This document shows positions 37,901-51,100 of a stretch of DNA of 64,000 nucleotides, in pieces. The notes beneath the pieces are model-generated. The model was not told the origin of the DNA, searched no databases, and saw only the letters and a list, made by a program, of their open reading frames with translations. The position numbers were made by a program, and so were the translations under genes. How positions within the stretch are numbered: the stretch's first letter is position 1; every line of letters begins with the position of its first letter. This DNA is from Phoronis australis (taxonomy: Eukaryota; Animalia; Phoronida), in the NCBI GenBank assembly GCA_002633005.1, contig NMRA01000086.1, positions 1 through 64,000 on the forward strand, given 5' to 3'.

Positions 37901-40900
37901 ACTCTTCTGTACCAAACATGATTTAACACAGTTTTATGGGTACTATCAAAGTTAGTTACTCTCTGTGGACTTACTGCATACTCTTCTGTACCAAACATGA
38001 TTTAACACAGTTTTATGGGTACTATCAAAGTTAGTTACTCTCTGTGGACTTACTGCATACTCTTCTGTACCAAACATGATTTAACACAGTTTTATGGGTA
38101 CTATCAAAGTTAGTTACTCTCTGTGGACTTACTGCATACTCTTCTGTACCAAACATGATTTAACACAGTTTTATGGGTACTATCAAAGTTAGTTACTCTC
38201 TGTGGACTTACTGCATACTCTTCTGTACCAAACATGATTTAACACAGTTTTATGGGTACTATCAAAGTTAGTTACTCTCTGTGGACTTACTGCATACTCT
38301 TCTGTACCAAACATGATTTAACACAGTTTTATGGGTACTATCAAAGTTAGTTACTCTCTGTGGACTTACTGCATACTCTTCTGTACCAAACATGATTTAA
38401 CACAGTTTTATGGGTACTATCAAAGTTAGTTACTCTCTGTGGACTTACTGCATACTCTTCTGTACCAAACATGATTTAACACAGTTTTATGGGTACTATC
38501 AAAGTTAGTTACTCTCTGTGGACTTACTGCATACTCTTCTGTACCAAACATGATTTAACACAGTTTTATGGGTACTATCAAAGTTAGTTACTCTCTGTGG
38601 ACTTACTGCATACTCTTCTGTNGTTGGGTTTAATTTATCCTCTTCTTAGATATCTGTTACATTATTTGTTTGTACAAATACAGGGAGAAAGAAAGTCTGG
38701 ACACAACCTCCTAAGTGATGATTAATTTTTGTCATGAAAAGAATCTCTACTGAATATCTTTCCAAGAAACATTGTGATGACTTGTAATTTATCCCATGGC
38801 CTCATGAATTTACTTTTTGTGCTTTTAAATATGAGTGGAAAATACTAAATGTCTTTTCAGGATGATTTTGCTAATAACCGGGAATTCATCACAGTGCTTG
38901 TCTACAAGACAAAAGGACAGAGAATATTCTATCCATGTGAGTCGTTGATATTTCATGAGTGAATGCAGTTCATGGATTTACAAGTACAATATGTTTACAA
39001 AATTCCTACTCTCTTCAAATTTTTTTAGGATCTGTGAGTTGTAACTTGATTCAGAATTTTTCTTTAGGAAATAAGTTATTGCCAGTTTTTATCAACTATT
39101 TATGTCTTCACAAATACTTCAAAAAATTATTTGATGGGATGTTTGATTTTTTTTGGAGAATACGTCATTTTAGCACAATAGCGGTGAGAGTTACTATTCA
39201 AGAACCAATTATCTCTACTGAGTAACAGCATCAAACTGGTTCTCAAAATCCAGGACCTCTGTAACTGACTATTGCCAGGATAATGAAGACTCTTGACAAT
39301 TAAGTTTATTTTGAAAAATTACTGGTTCTGACTGTCGATTGGACATTACATTAAAACTTTTGCTTTTTTGGTAGCTATTCCAGACAACCGTGGTTCATTG
39401 TTCAGTGGTCCTCTGTAGTTTACTTTCTACGATCACACACACCAATTTTCAACCACACTTCTATGAGTTACCTAATATCCACTGGACCTCATTACTTTGA
39501 CCAAAGGTATCCGGGGTGTATGCTTTTGTAACGATGTTTGAGGCAGTTATCAAACATAATGCAAAGGCCTGGTATCTAATCTGTGGAATTGAAATTCGAC
39601 TCGAACTGCATGGCATCCTTTGCAAAAACTTACAACTTTTTATATAATAACTCTAATAATGGTACATGATAAGATAAATTTCTAGTTTAAATTGATTCTG
39701 ATAAGATTCTGCACCCTTTAGGTTGGAGGTCATAAACGATATAGCCACAGTTAAGCCGTAATGCTGAATGAGAAAAAAATTGTAACAGTGATTTTGATTG
39801 GCATTACAAATCTTGTCAACTGTAGACGACCCTCCACCATACAAAGATGGTGTGCGTATCAACAGCCCCCATTACCTGTGCAAGATGCTGGAGAGCCAGT
39901 CTGGCACATACAACCTGGTCGTGTCTCAATATGAAAAGAGTAACACCATCAACTACACACTGAGGGTATATGCAACGTGCGAGTTCTCGCTGACCAAGAT
40001 CTCAGAACCGTACATCGCCAAATACGAGAAAAAGGTAAGTCTCCCACTTTCTTTTTGGGTAAAAAGTCAAACTTTGCTTTGATTATTAATAATAATTATA
40101 ACTATGTTACATGCGTTTCCTCATCTCAACACACAATGGATTTACATTTATCATTACAGCTACACTAAACTACAAATTCTGTTTACTGGTTGTCATGATG
40201 AAGAATTCTGTTAGCAGAATAACCAAGAATTCTGTCTGCAGAATGACCAAGATTTCTGTTAGCAGAATTTTGGGTCATTCTGTTCGGCCGTATACTGTAC
40301 TATAATTCATGCCTGGGCAAACAAAATTAATTGAACACAACGGTCAAGGCTGTCAGTTGCAAAAGAATTGTTATAGTAATTCTCACGTGCACCTGATTAT
40401 TCATATTTTGTGGAGTGAACTCATGTCAAAAGTTTACATTCCACTGCAGATAATAAAGTTTTGTAGAAACAGGTGCAGTAAATCGATGAATCTTCCTGGC
40501 GGAAAGGAATGCTAACTAGTCACATTAAAGGGTTCCACCACAGAACACAAACCAAAAAATTGTTTTTAGAGATGGTGATGCTTGTGGCTTTAAAGATGTA
40601 TTTGCATGCTTCAACCTATCTAACTACACGTATGCTAATGTATAGCAGAAATTAAACAGCTATGCTATTTGAACATCATTAAACAGTTGTATTTATTGAC
40701 AACTTGTAAATGTCAAAACAAAAATTCTATAAGTAGGTGACCTTTGTACTAATGACGTAACTTGGGGCTCACATAGCCTGCGTCATGCAGTGTTATTTCC
40801 CAACACCACGTCATGGTACTTGCAGGACACAGTTTAGTGATTTATGTCAGATCTTTTTCGACACAAATCTCGCTCTTAAAAACACTTGGCAATTTTCAAC

Positions 40901-43274
40901 CTACTTCATATTCACATCATCACTATATGTTGTGTTTCTCACTAATGTGGCCAAGCAATCACAGTGATAAGGAATTAGCGTGTAAGTTCCTCTTTAATAA
41001 GTATAAAGCCTCCTTGTACAATCTGCTGTCTTTGAATCTTCAGGTCAGCGATGAATGGAAAGGTTCCAGGGCTGGTGGCTGTGGAAACTACCCTTCAAGT
41101 AAAGGCAACCCAATATACCAAATCTACATTGATAACAATGCCATCGACAACAAAATTATGATTGAGTTGAAAGGTCCCAAGTAAGAGATAGTTTATGCCA
41201 CAAATACAATTAGACACTGACTAATCGTTTGATGTATTCAGGTTATGCTTTATGGCAGATGTCAGTTTTAACTAGGAATAGAAAATTGTGATGTAGGCAG
41301 TCTGGGTAATTGACTAGTATTTCACCAATCGAGTAAAACAAAAATGGTGCATAAGATGCTTTTTGGAGTTGGATTAACCGTTGTTCTGTATATATGGATG
41401 CTCACTTATTTTATCATGTGTTGAAAAACTGACAAGATGCATAGCATACCAAAGTACAGTAGCATTATTAATAAATATACATTTTGTTCTGCATTGCAGG
41501 CAATATAGCGTCGGCTTCAATGTCCTCATGGTTGTTGCCAACAATCCAAATGCACCTGGCGCATTTACAAAAATATCTTCAGGTGACTTCCGGTAAGGTA
41601 AACAAGCCAAAGGATATGAGATGCTTTTGCACTAGAGTTCATATCAATTCTTTCAAAACAAAACGTTTTTAAAGTCCACCATCAGAAATTACTCTTCGCG
41701 TTATTAATGCAGGTTATTATTCACTCCCTTGCCTCCATTCTTTTGTAAGACAAAGCTCAAAACAGTTGGAGACACTAATGTACCATGTTCTTTTGTCTGC
41801 TGATGTAGCCTGGATTTGAATCCTGGTCTCTCAAATAGATGTCTGGAAGGCAGATCTCTGGATTACACAAAACATTATTACAATAAAGTCTCCAGTTTGG
41901 GAGTCTCTAAAATTTGGGACACTAAAATTCAAACCAAGATTTAATTTTCTTGGCTCCGAAGATTAGCTTAATATGGGTTTTTGGCATTCATCAGATTATA
42001 ATTTTCTAAATATCAAACGCTGTGTTCTGTATAAACAGTTGGAAAATTGACATACTGTAACAGTTTATAAACTCATTGAAATTATCCTTCGGCACAATGG
42101 TTTCATCAATCCTAATGTGTAACATCAAGGTGAACGTTTGTTTGTTGTTGATTGTAATACTTGATTTGGGATATCCAATGTTGCCTATTATTAGTACAAG
42201 CTCTGACCTTGAGCAAAATAGAAGCTTTTACCATAATTACTGTGAAAAACATTCTGTAGTTTGTGAATATTAAATCAACTTTTCTGAGTGACATGAATTG
42301 TAAACTTGGCATCAAATTTGAGTTAAAAATGTTGGTTATTGGTCAGTGGTATTTATGCATTGATGCATAGCTTTAGAATGCCCAGTGTGTCTCTAGTCAT
42401 CAGTTGCAGTATTGGCGCATGATCAACAATTACAATGAAATTGTTTTTGGAACTCGTAAACCAGTCTGAAAAAAGTACTTAATCCAGATGTCTGGATTTT
42501 GGACAGTCTTGACTTTGTAACTGCTTCATTGCACTCAGACCTGTAGGAATTTAAATGTTATCAGGGGGAACAGAAACTGGGCAGGTTCAGAACTTTTGAA
42601 ATGTCAAGTCCACTGCACGACTGTGGCCCCCAGGAAGGTAAAATTATTAGAATGCATGTGCCCCAGGCCCTCGCTTTCTGAAGGACTGTATACATTCAAG
42701 AGCAATATAAAAATTGTAATCCTTTCTTAAACTTCCTTTTGTCTGTGTTTATTTGATATGTTATATTTCCTTCTAGAGGCTCCACACTTTCAAACTGCAG
42801 CTGGTGTTTTGTAGGCTAGAAAGTTAGTTGCTGCTTTTGACTTAGAAGGTTTGGTACTAATTTGTCAAACTGGCTTCACTTTTTCGAGGATGGATAGTTT
42901 ATTAAAACTGGATGTAGTGCCTCTTTAGGCACGTCACGATGTTACTGAATGGATCCTGTTGAAGCATGTGTGGTAGATAATTGGCCTATGTATCAATATA
43001 CGTGCTGTTGGGTAAAAGACTGCTAGCAATGTTCAACAAAAGACAAGACTGGTGCCAGCGTTAGGCATTTTCTTGAAATATTCACTCATGGGAGATGTTA
43101 ATGATTCCATACTGCTTTGTTTATTGCAGGCGTGGCTTCTGCGTGCTGGAATTGCACAACATATCTGGCGGTTCGTACAACGTGATACCATCGACTTTTC
43201 AACCTGGTCAGGAGGGCCCGTTCTTTCTCAATGTCAGCTCCTCGGTGCCTATTGTGTTATCAAGACTGCAGTGA
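22909..43274 (+). CDS. CAPN7: Calpain-7 (PalB-like): two MIT domains, CysPc catalytic domain, two calpain-III domains
   Basis: GT-AG exons: 22909-23013, 24203-24311, 25341-25501, 26186-26253, 27898-28131, 29342-29428, 29904-30030, 30869-30954, 31128-31221, 34068-34214, 34713-34940, 35962-36106, 36600-36699, [missing exon], 38861-38936, 39826-40034, 41044-41180, 41500-41592, 43130-43274. Motifs include [11 protein letters not shown]...[17 protein letters not shown] (catalytic Cys), [24 protein letters not shown] (His), KNPWSH (Asn), [17 protein letters not shown] and [14 protein letters not shown]. Confidence 0.96.
25676..25900. mobile_element. Small degenerate MITE in calpain-7 intron
   Basis: gaaccttaaaatcagcgcttatgtaaa...tttcagttttattatctctaaac is inverted at gtttagagacaataaactgaaa...tttacatatgcgctgattttaaagttc. 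Confidence 0.6.
27011..27275. repeat. 27-bp minisatellite, about 9-10 copies
   Basis: Unit attag(g/c)tcaccc(a/g)t(t/c)acctt(a/g)tataga. It explains the LILYKVMGE-repeat ORF. Confidence 0.95.
28419..29273 (+). mobile_element. HINE family 1, degenerate intronic copy
   Basis: Starts ttttatgcttccacatatttatgtgtgggtgcat, contains ccctagtggc motifs at ~28602 and 28875, and ends gtcgtgggtgcatttcaagac. Confidence 0.7.
30428..30700. mobile_element. Degenerate Harbinger-like MITE
   Basis: Inverted ends cctaggttctgttttatgaaagtgactttgg and cctaagtcacttttcatgaaacaaagcccagg. Confidence 0.55.
31340..31750. mobile_element. Degenerate inverted-repeat element
   Basis: ttgttattgagtgacatgaatgcttt (~31426) is inverted at aaagcattcatgtcatgcaataataacaa (~31638). 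G-run and C-run ends. Confidence 0.4.
31941..33614 (+). mobile_element. HINE family 1, full-length-like intronic copy
   Basis: Starts tttttatgcgcccacattatgccgtc, then a (GTCT/GTCC)n microsatellite and subrepeats with gcgccacctaatgg / gcaccccctagtgg. Ends catttcaacgctctgcgttggacttgt. Confidence 0.8.
34915..35149. repeat. 58-bp tandem repeat x4 spanning a calpain-7 exon end and splice donor
   Basis: Unit ccatgctggatataagaataataaag|gtaagtgaactttcaaaagtaatattgcttca. Confidence 0.95.
35171..35300. repeat. 26-bp tandem repeat x5
   Basis: Unit acttccattcttaagccactaacctg. Confidence 0.95.
37215..38621. repeat. 79-bp tandem repeat, about 17.8 apparently identical copies, ending at an N
   Basis: Unit acacagttttatgggtactatcaaagttagttactctctgtggacttactgcatactcttctgtaccaaacatgattta. 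N at 38622. Confidence 0.98.
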
Positions 43275-43969
43275 ATAACTGTGTGGTGTCTGTGACCTTG
43301 GCTGGGACATTGGCAGCAAACTGTGGGAATCACTGCAATTTTAATCAAAAATGGTTGTGTCCACGTAAGATCACCCATATTCATCAACATGTTCAAACAC
43401 GTTCAAAAAGTGTCTTGATGCCAGTGTACATCTAAAAAAATTTGCAAGCCAATGTCCACTTGGAGAAAGTTATATAGGAGGAAAATCAACTCATTTGGGG
43501 TATGGAAAGGTCTTTCAAAGAGAGCTGTTAGGTTCAGTTTTGAAAATGTTGTTAACTGTGGAAAGTTGCAGTAATTCAACTTCTGAAAGTGGACTCAGCC
43601 TAATGTAAGCTATCTATCTGAGGACATGTCCTAGCTTTGGAGGTTAAAGTGAAGAGATGGAAGGTTTTTCTTCATATAATAATCAGTATTTGTTCATCTT
43701 GCGGCAGTGCCAATACTTCTTAAAAACTTCTTTTTGTTTGGTGCAAAAAATATCAGTTATTGTTAGTTTGTTTATGACTTTACTACTATGAAGAGTTAGA
43801 ATCTTGGTGTGGGGGCATTGCACTGCTGGAACAGGGCTGTGATTTAGATGTTGATTTTGGGACAACGTGTAGTTCCATACTTGAGGAATTCTTGTGGCTA
43901 CTATGTTAACACTGAGGTATCTGTTGAGGGCATGTACAACTTATGGTAGATATCTCACCTGGCGCTTAA

Positions 43970-44871
43970 AGGCAAAGGCAACCTTTTTTTCGTGCCATTT
44001 TTAGCAAAAATAAGGTTCGTTGATTATCTCAGACATATTTTTCTGTTAAATACAGCTTTTCATTATCTAATTAATTATTCGTTCTCTACTCCGGAAGTGA
44101 TGTTTTGAAAGGCAAAAATTTAGCGCCAATTTCTTTTCATATAGTCTGACTATGAGAGCTGTCGAGTCAGTCATTAGTCTACATCGGTTATGATAATTTT
44201 GGTCATCGTCTGCTGTTGGTTACAAGTCAGTCAACATGCCACACTGTTTCTTCATATCGGGATGTACTCATTATCGGTCAGAGCCTGTAAGCAGCGCTGC
44301 TACGATGTTGAGTAGTGGGAGTGAATACAAGCCCAGTTCGACACCCAGTGAACAGGACAGTTCGTCGTTCAATGAACAGATCGGTGAGCCAAACTTTGAT
44401 AAGTTTATTGTGGACTTGTCTAAAGTATTGGGGCTATTTAGAAGGTGCCAGAAGTGTGGCAAGAGAGTCACACAGCGGGATGTAAGCAGTTTGTGTGCTC
44501 AGGTCACTATCCAGTGGGAGTGTGTCGCAGGACACTCGGGCAAGTGGGACAGTTGTTCCTCTGTCCTTGAGACGATAATGAGTACATACCGGTACGCAGC
44601 AACAGTGTGGCATGTTGACTGACTGGTAAACAAAGGAAAACGACGATCGAACTTATCACAACTGAGAGAAAACAATAACTATCTCGGTAGCTGTCACAGT
44701 CAGGCTATATAAAAATAAATTGGTGCCTCCCAAAACGTCACTTCCAGAATAGAGGGCGTTGAGAAATTGTTTAAATTACCAAAGAGCTGTAATTAAATGA
44801 AAAATACGTCTGGGATAATCAACCAACCTTATTTTTGCTAAAAATGACATGAGAAAAGGTTGCCTTCACCT
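43970..44871. mobile_element. 902-bp Kolobok-type non-autonomous element, same family as 1864-3521
   Basis: TTAA TSD at 43966-43969 and 44872-44875, with termini AGGCAAAGGCAACC and GGTTGCCTTCACCT. ORF 44236-44622 matches the transposase remnant of the first copy (MPHC..., YKPSSTPS, KFIVDLS..LFRRC..C...C..GH...WDS). Confidence 0.88.
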
Positions 44872-47299
44872 TTAAGCAGTCAAAAAAGCTGTGACATTTC
44901 TGGTATGTAAATCTAAAGCGATTATAAACCTGTCTTCTTTCAAAAAGAACTTTTGATTTAAAATCTTTATTGATACAAACTTTTTATTTGATGTTCTTCC
45001 TTATTCTCATAAGAAATGATTTTTGAGCAAACAAAAACTTCTATTGCTTTACACTCTGTGACAAGCCAACCTGTAGAACATTATTTCAAACAGCAACAAA
45101 CTGTCAGTTCTTTCAAAATCCTCAAATCACCACTAATTTGACTGAGGAGCAATTTTAGACCAATTTCATTATGATAGGTGCTCTAAATCAAAAGCTGGTT
45201 TGTAGCCGCTTTAAGTTTGATGTTCGTTTCGTGCCTTTAGTTTGGCCATCAAATCGTGTTTCAATGTAATTGCCCTTTCTGCTCTTTTGTAATGAATTAT
45301 GTCATCTGTCAAGGAGGTTGTGTACATCATGTTTTCAGTTATTAAAAGGGCATATCACCGCAGTCGAGCTGTCAATGTAGAGTTTTTGGGTTTAAAAACA
45401 CTACCACGGCGCTCATGCAGGGATCTTGGATTATTGCCAGGCATCTCGGATCTTGGATTATTGCCTGGCAATGCATCCATTGCGCCATTTTCAAAGTTCC
45501 AGTTTAGTGTTAGCCAACCCAGTGTTATATGGATTCGCTGATCGTGCATGGTTTCGAAGTTCGTGTTGGTTTAATAATGGAAATCGATTCCTATCAAGAT
45601 AAAAATATCGAGAAGACGTGTTTTACGATTTGCAATGCCATGGTTAATTTTTCTCTTTTTTTTTGGCAGCCAAACACTGAATGTGGTTTTAACATTGAGT
45701 TGTGAAAGTTGAACCTTCGGAGAAGTTTTCATGGGGGTTGAGACAAGGACAAATCCATTGAATTTTATATAGGTACGGGTAAAAATACGTGATACGGGTT
45801 CAGAATATTTGGGGTCACTTGAATCCTTATAATTTGATGCCTGTAGAATGCACGTGAGGTGTGCGAATACTTATGGCGGGGAACGACGATGCCTTTTAAA
45901 ACTGATCTAGTCTCTCACACGGAAAACTGCTTTCTCGGCCATGCAGTTTCTGCACGTGATACGTGTTCTCAAGAGAATAAGTTATAAAGAATGTACAGGC
46001 AAAACTGTGTAAGCGGTTTTACTGAAGAACTTTAGTTCTGGGCTAGAGTTATATAGTTAAGTTATTACGGTTCCTTGTTGATTCATGTGTCCTGAAATTA
46101 CGTCGCCGCTTGGGATTGAAATATGAAAAATAAAGATCAAGTGTCCTACCCGGTAAGTCATATTGCCGGTTAGGACTGGTAGTGATCGTCAAAAACCACA
46201 CCAGTCGGTGAAAACGGAACACGAAAATTCTGCCGGAGTTGGTAGGCCTACAAAGATCACAAATCCAGCCTACTGCGCCCGGTCGCCAAGGCCGCGATTT
46301 GTCTAGTTGCAACTGTGGCATTTTTGTGAGGCTCGTTACACTATGGTCAATGTTATCATCAGCTCTGAAGTTTTCTTGCCTCACGGTGCACTGAATCAAC
46401 ACGACAGCAAAACGTAAGACAAGTTTATCTCACTCTTTTGGTAATTCTGAATAAATGTTTTTTATTAAATTTAATTCGGATTCGAAATGTTCCAATCAGC
46501 TTTGCAAAAGTCTCGGTAAGGGGTAGACTTATAAGTGAAACGCATGGAAGTTATTTAAGTCACGTGAAGATGAACCATTGCAACACTTCAAGTGATTTTA
46601 AGCACACTGACGGTGCTAACATTTTACTAAACCGTTGCAAAGCATTGGTGGATTTACTAGTAGGGGTCAACCACAACTCGCTGGAAAATAGGCCGTCACA
46701 CTGGCACTAGGCAGGCCCGCGGAGCGGTCGCACAATCTTAAGTGAGTGGCAAGCCAATTCTGGTAGCGTGTGGTGTGATCACTGATTGGTGACTGACGGC
46801 GGGGGCTCGCTATTCGGCTGGTGCAAGAAGTTAATAAGACTCTTCCAAAGGAAGGATTCCTTCATGCTACCAGATACTCCATGTACGTAGAGTTAGAACA
46901 GAGAATAGGTTGAGGCGACATTTCGTTTTGCTCAGTGCCGCCCGCCCGGGGTCGCTGGATGGTTCACGGCATACTTTCAGACATTGCTGCGGAACTGGAT
47001 TGGAGCACAATGTAAATGCAGCTGTAAATAATCATCATCACACATTTTCATTTCTATGGCACATAGCCAGTGAAAAACGTAGTAATACTCTTGTAAATAT
47101 TTTTATATTTATTCAGCTTTACTGATTTTTACTTTATTTACATTCAAAATTTTGGTTCTGGTCTACTACCTTTAGCTCAAATTTGTGACTTAGTATTAGT
47201 GTACCATATGTTTGTCGGAGAAGTCGCCCGATGGGCTAAAGTTGTCTGGGAGTAATTTAGTCCTAGATGTTGTCTGCAACAGCAGCATTTTAGTGCCAA

Positions 47300-47432
47300 A
47301 CACAAAAATACGAGAAAAAAGTCGTAATTACGAGAAATAAACGTAATTACGAGAAAGGAGTCGTAATGACGACTTTTTCTCGTAATTCTAGTACATTTTT
47401 TTTCTCGCAATACAACTTTTTTCTAGTAATTA
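47300..47432. repeat. Short direct and inverted ~20-bp repeats (gtcgtaattacgagaaa), probable MITE remnant
   Basis: Three direct copies followed by inverted degenerate copies. Confidence 0.5.
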
Positions 47433-48115
47433 GGCGACCTTTCGAGCTGTTCAATCCACGCTAACAATAGATAAGGCTTGTCATGCATGCATGATAAACC
47501 AAATTTCGCTAATTGAAGGCGATCATCGGGTAATGAAATGAAAGGTTTATCTGCAAATAAGCACCTGTTCAAATCATGATCCCGAATCTGCTGTCATAAG
47601 CTGGTGTTGGAGTATCTGGATCTTCATGTAGATTAAACTTCAGTTAAAATGGTGCTCAACGTTTTTTTTGCAAAACGCTATTCAAATGTTTCACAGTTTT
47701 TTGTGGTTCAGCTATTCAGAGGCACAAAGGCTTTTTTAAAATCACAAATTTGATTTAAAAACTTGACAGTTTGGGGACCATCCACTGTGAGACTGATCGG
47801 GGCTGTTGAAAGTCGTTGTTACGTCTTTTTTTTTCTCGATTTTTTTGGGGTGTTTGGCATGCTAAAATTCTGCCGAAGTCTAGCACCGGCGCTAAACCAG
47901 TACGTACGGAAGCTTTTAGCTTTAACCTGGTTCCCGGGCCTCACAAGCTGACGTCACGGACGGCTTGTGAAGGCCCAGGTACAGGGCACAAGTGGGTCTG
48001 TGCAGGAGACTACTTTTAGCTTGCGGCGAGCAGCGCCATCCCGAGGAAAGTAGTAAACACTCAAATACACTTCCTGTTGTGAAATAACTTGAGGCGTTTC
48101 ACAATATCATGAAAT

Positions 48116-51100
48116 ATGTCAATCATGTTGACTGGAATCTCCAGATCAATAAATGAAACTCGGGTGCATGTTATAATTCAAGCTTTGAGAAGCCGTGTTC
48201 GTCAATATAAAGCTCTTCTCAAAAGTGCTGCGTTCCCTGAAATGGATTTATCTCCAAAGTTTGTGTCGTCGAACGCAGCTAGCACCGTGACTGCCGGACA
48301 AGTCCCGGAATGTCAACGTACCCGAGTCAGGACGTGGGTCAGCGAGTCTTACAAAGAACAAAAGGAAATCTGGCCGGGAGAGGGAAAACACATTTTAGCG
48401 CAGTACGATGACAATACGATAGTGGTCTATCAAGCCTTCAATCATAAAATAGCTGACTATGCAGTTAAACACCAATGGTAAATATATTTTGTTTGGTTGT
48501 TATTCTGTGACCTGGCTATAGTATATCTATATGCACCGCGGCTCAGTCAGCTGAGGGTGGGTGTTTGAACCTGCTAAAATGATAAGCTAATAAATAACCC
48601 CCTAAAGTCAAATTCACGGACACGCTAGCTGGTATGTTAAAGCGGAGTACTTGCTAACCTTAGTGCAAAGCTTCGGGTGACGACGCTCAGTCTCGGGCCT
48701 ACAGCTAGCTAGTGGCTCGGACTTCGCCTTCGGACTCGGAGCCGAGTCGGACTACCGCTGCCGTCTCAGTCAAAAAAGTTTTAACATTTAATGTGGACCA
48801 CCGTCGCTTTGGCCCCAATTTGTTCCTAAGAAAAAATACGGATCGGTAATTTCTAGGTTTGGAAAGAACTGACAGTTGGTTATTGCTGGTGTTTATTTGA
48901 GTAATGCACCTTGTCACTGAACTTTCTGAGTGATTTTCCGGACGTGGCGCCGAGTAAGGTGTAGACAGTTGGCTGCCGTTCGAGCATACCTGACATTTTT
49001 GCTGGACCAAACATCACTTCTCGTGCGAGCACAAACAGAGACTATTTTTTAAAGTGATTGGTTATAATGTTCGGGATTAGGATTCCAACTAAGCACGAAG
49101 GCCGGATATTTATCACTGACACAACAGGTGTTGTCGGGCGGGGAGCACCGGGCTCACCGTCTTTATTCGTACTCCCGCGCCATCTATTATCATCCACAAC
49201 GATATACAATCAATACCTTGCAACGCCGGGTAAGAGGTCTTAATCAAAAAACAGTGGCGTATCTAGGATATCACAAGGGGGGGGCAACATTTTGTCCGGC
49301 TGTAAGCATTTGCGCAAACTGAATCACGATTGTAGATGCGCATAGCACCGAATGGAGGGAGGTCGGGAGGGTGGTTTGCCCCCCTCCCGCCCAGGAAATT
49401 TTTCTGTTTTTACCTCTGAAAATCAAGCATTTTCCTTGATTCCTGTATTATCCAAGAACAAAAGGCAAAAAAACCCGGAGAATGTGTCAAACAGGATAAA
49501 CTGCGTGTACCAAAGCAGGGGCGGATCTACGTTTTCAGTAAGGGGGGGGGTTTAGGATTCCCGCAAAGGTCGAATCCTAGGCGCGTGGCGCCGAGAGGGG
49601 GGGGNNNNNNNNNNNNNNNNNNNNNNNNNNNNNNNNNNNNNNNNNNNNNNNNNNNNNNNNNNNNNNNNNNNNNNNNNNNNNNNNNNNNNNNNNNNCCCCC
49701 CCCCCCCCCAAACACTAAAACTGCACACATTTAATTTTTTTTTTCATCTGTATAACTTTAATTACCGGGGTTAATTAATAAACTCGACATTTCCCTACGC
49801 TCTTACTGTTTTATTTTTTTGCTGGAGCCAACGGGGGGGGGCCGGGCCCCTGGGCCCCCCCTAAATCCGCCTATGAAAAGTTAGTTTCCCCCATGGAACG
49901 TGGGGTTATAGTTGCTTTAAAGTATACGCAAGTATATTGCACACTTTTGAATCAAAGTCAGTAGAATCTAATTTTAGACTCCAAGTCAATCTATCATTGA
50001 TGGAATATGCATAGATATGTATTTTGAACTGACTGTACTTCGGGAGCAAGTTTTCTGTTATACAGAATTTGTTGAATACACGACACTTTTCATTGTTCAC
50101 GGTCCGTGAACAATGAAAAGTGTCGTGTATTCAACAAAAAAAAGATATGTATTTGTGGAAAGCAAAAGATAGGCGCCCTATATGGATAGAGAAAATTTTG
50201 GCAACTTCGTGAACAAATTTCTATTGGTGTCGATACTTTTGGTTGATTCTCAAAAACAATGTCAATGTTTTCTAATTTATCTTTTGCTTACTGTTTTATA
50301 TATACATAACGCTTGATACGTATTTTACTGAGTCGTCACAGTTCAAAACCCATGCAGTGCTTCTCTTTATTTCTTTATTTTCAATATAGTTTGTGTAGCC
50401 CTCAAACTTAATCTCCGAAATGACGCTGCGTGGGGAAAATATAAGCCACATTTCCATATTTTTAAATCAAGAGGAGTTAAGGGAAATTTATGCCAAACAG
50501 AAGAAAATCACTGCAGATTTCAAGCCTCAGAGTAACGTCAGGTAAGAGTCATGCCCGTCGACGTGAACCTGGCTTCTTGAAGACATTCAATGAATATCTT
50601 AATATGCTTAAGTTTTGCCTTTAAGCAAAGTTTAAACATATGCATGAAAGTCGGTAGTTAAAACTGGTTATCTCAATTATGTATTTTCATCCATTTGTGA
50701 ACTTTCACTAGTCAAATTAATGTTAATCTATTGTCGTTTCCAGTTTTGGTGGCAGCGACTTTAGCTACTCACGAATGTCTTGGATTAAGCCCAACTTCCT
50801 GTGGATGATGTACCGCTGTGGTTGGGCAACCAAAAAAGGCCAGGAACGCGTCCTGGCAGTACGAATAACAAGAAGGGCTTTTGAAGAGATACTTAACAGT
50901 GCCTGGTCAGTTAATGTAAGTATAGTCTATGCTCTCGGTCATTTTATTGCCACTGTGATAGGATCACAATTGGGGGTTCTCTCCTGGAAAGGGTTGGGGA
51001 TACGCCGCCTACTCACGTGCATATTTTATCCTCTTGCGTATCCTCCCCCTGGGTAATTTGACTTTGTGGCGACGGAGCGATGAGAAGTCTTCGAATCGAC

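Noticed and set aside
37215-38621. CRISPR-like regular repeats (also the 58-, 27- and 26-bp arrays)
   Set aside because: Units are contiguous with no unique spacers, no cas genes are present, and the context is a eukaryotic intron.
40201-45470. Short local duplications (24 bp x3 at 40201; 27 bp x2 at 45421)
   Set aside because: Ordinary slippage duplications with no sign of function.
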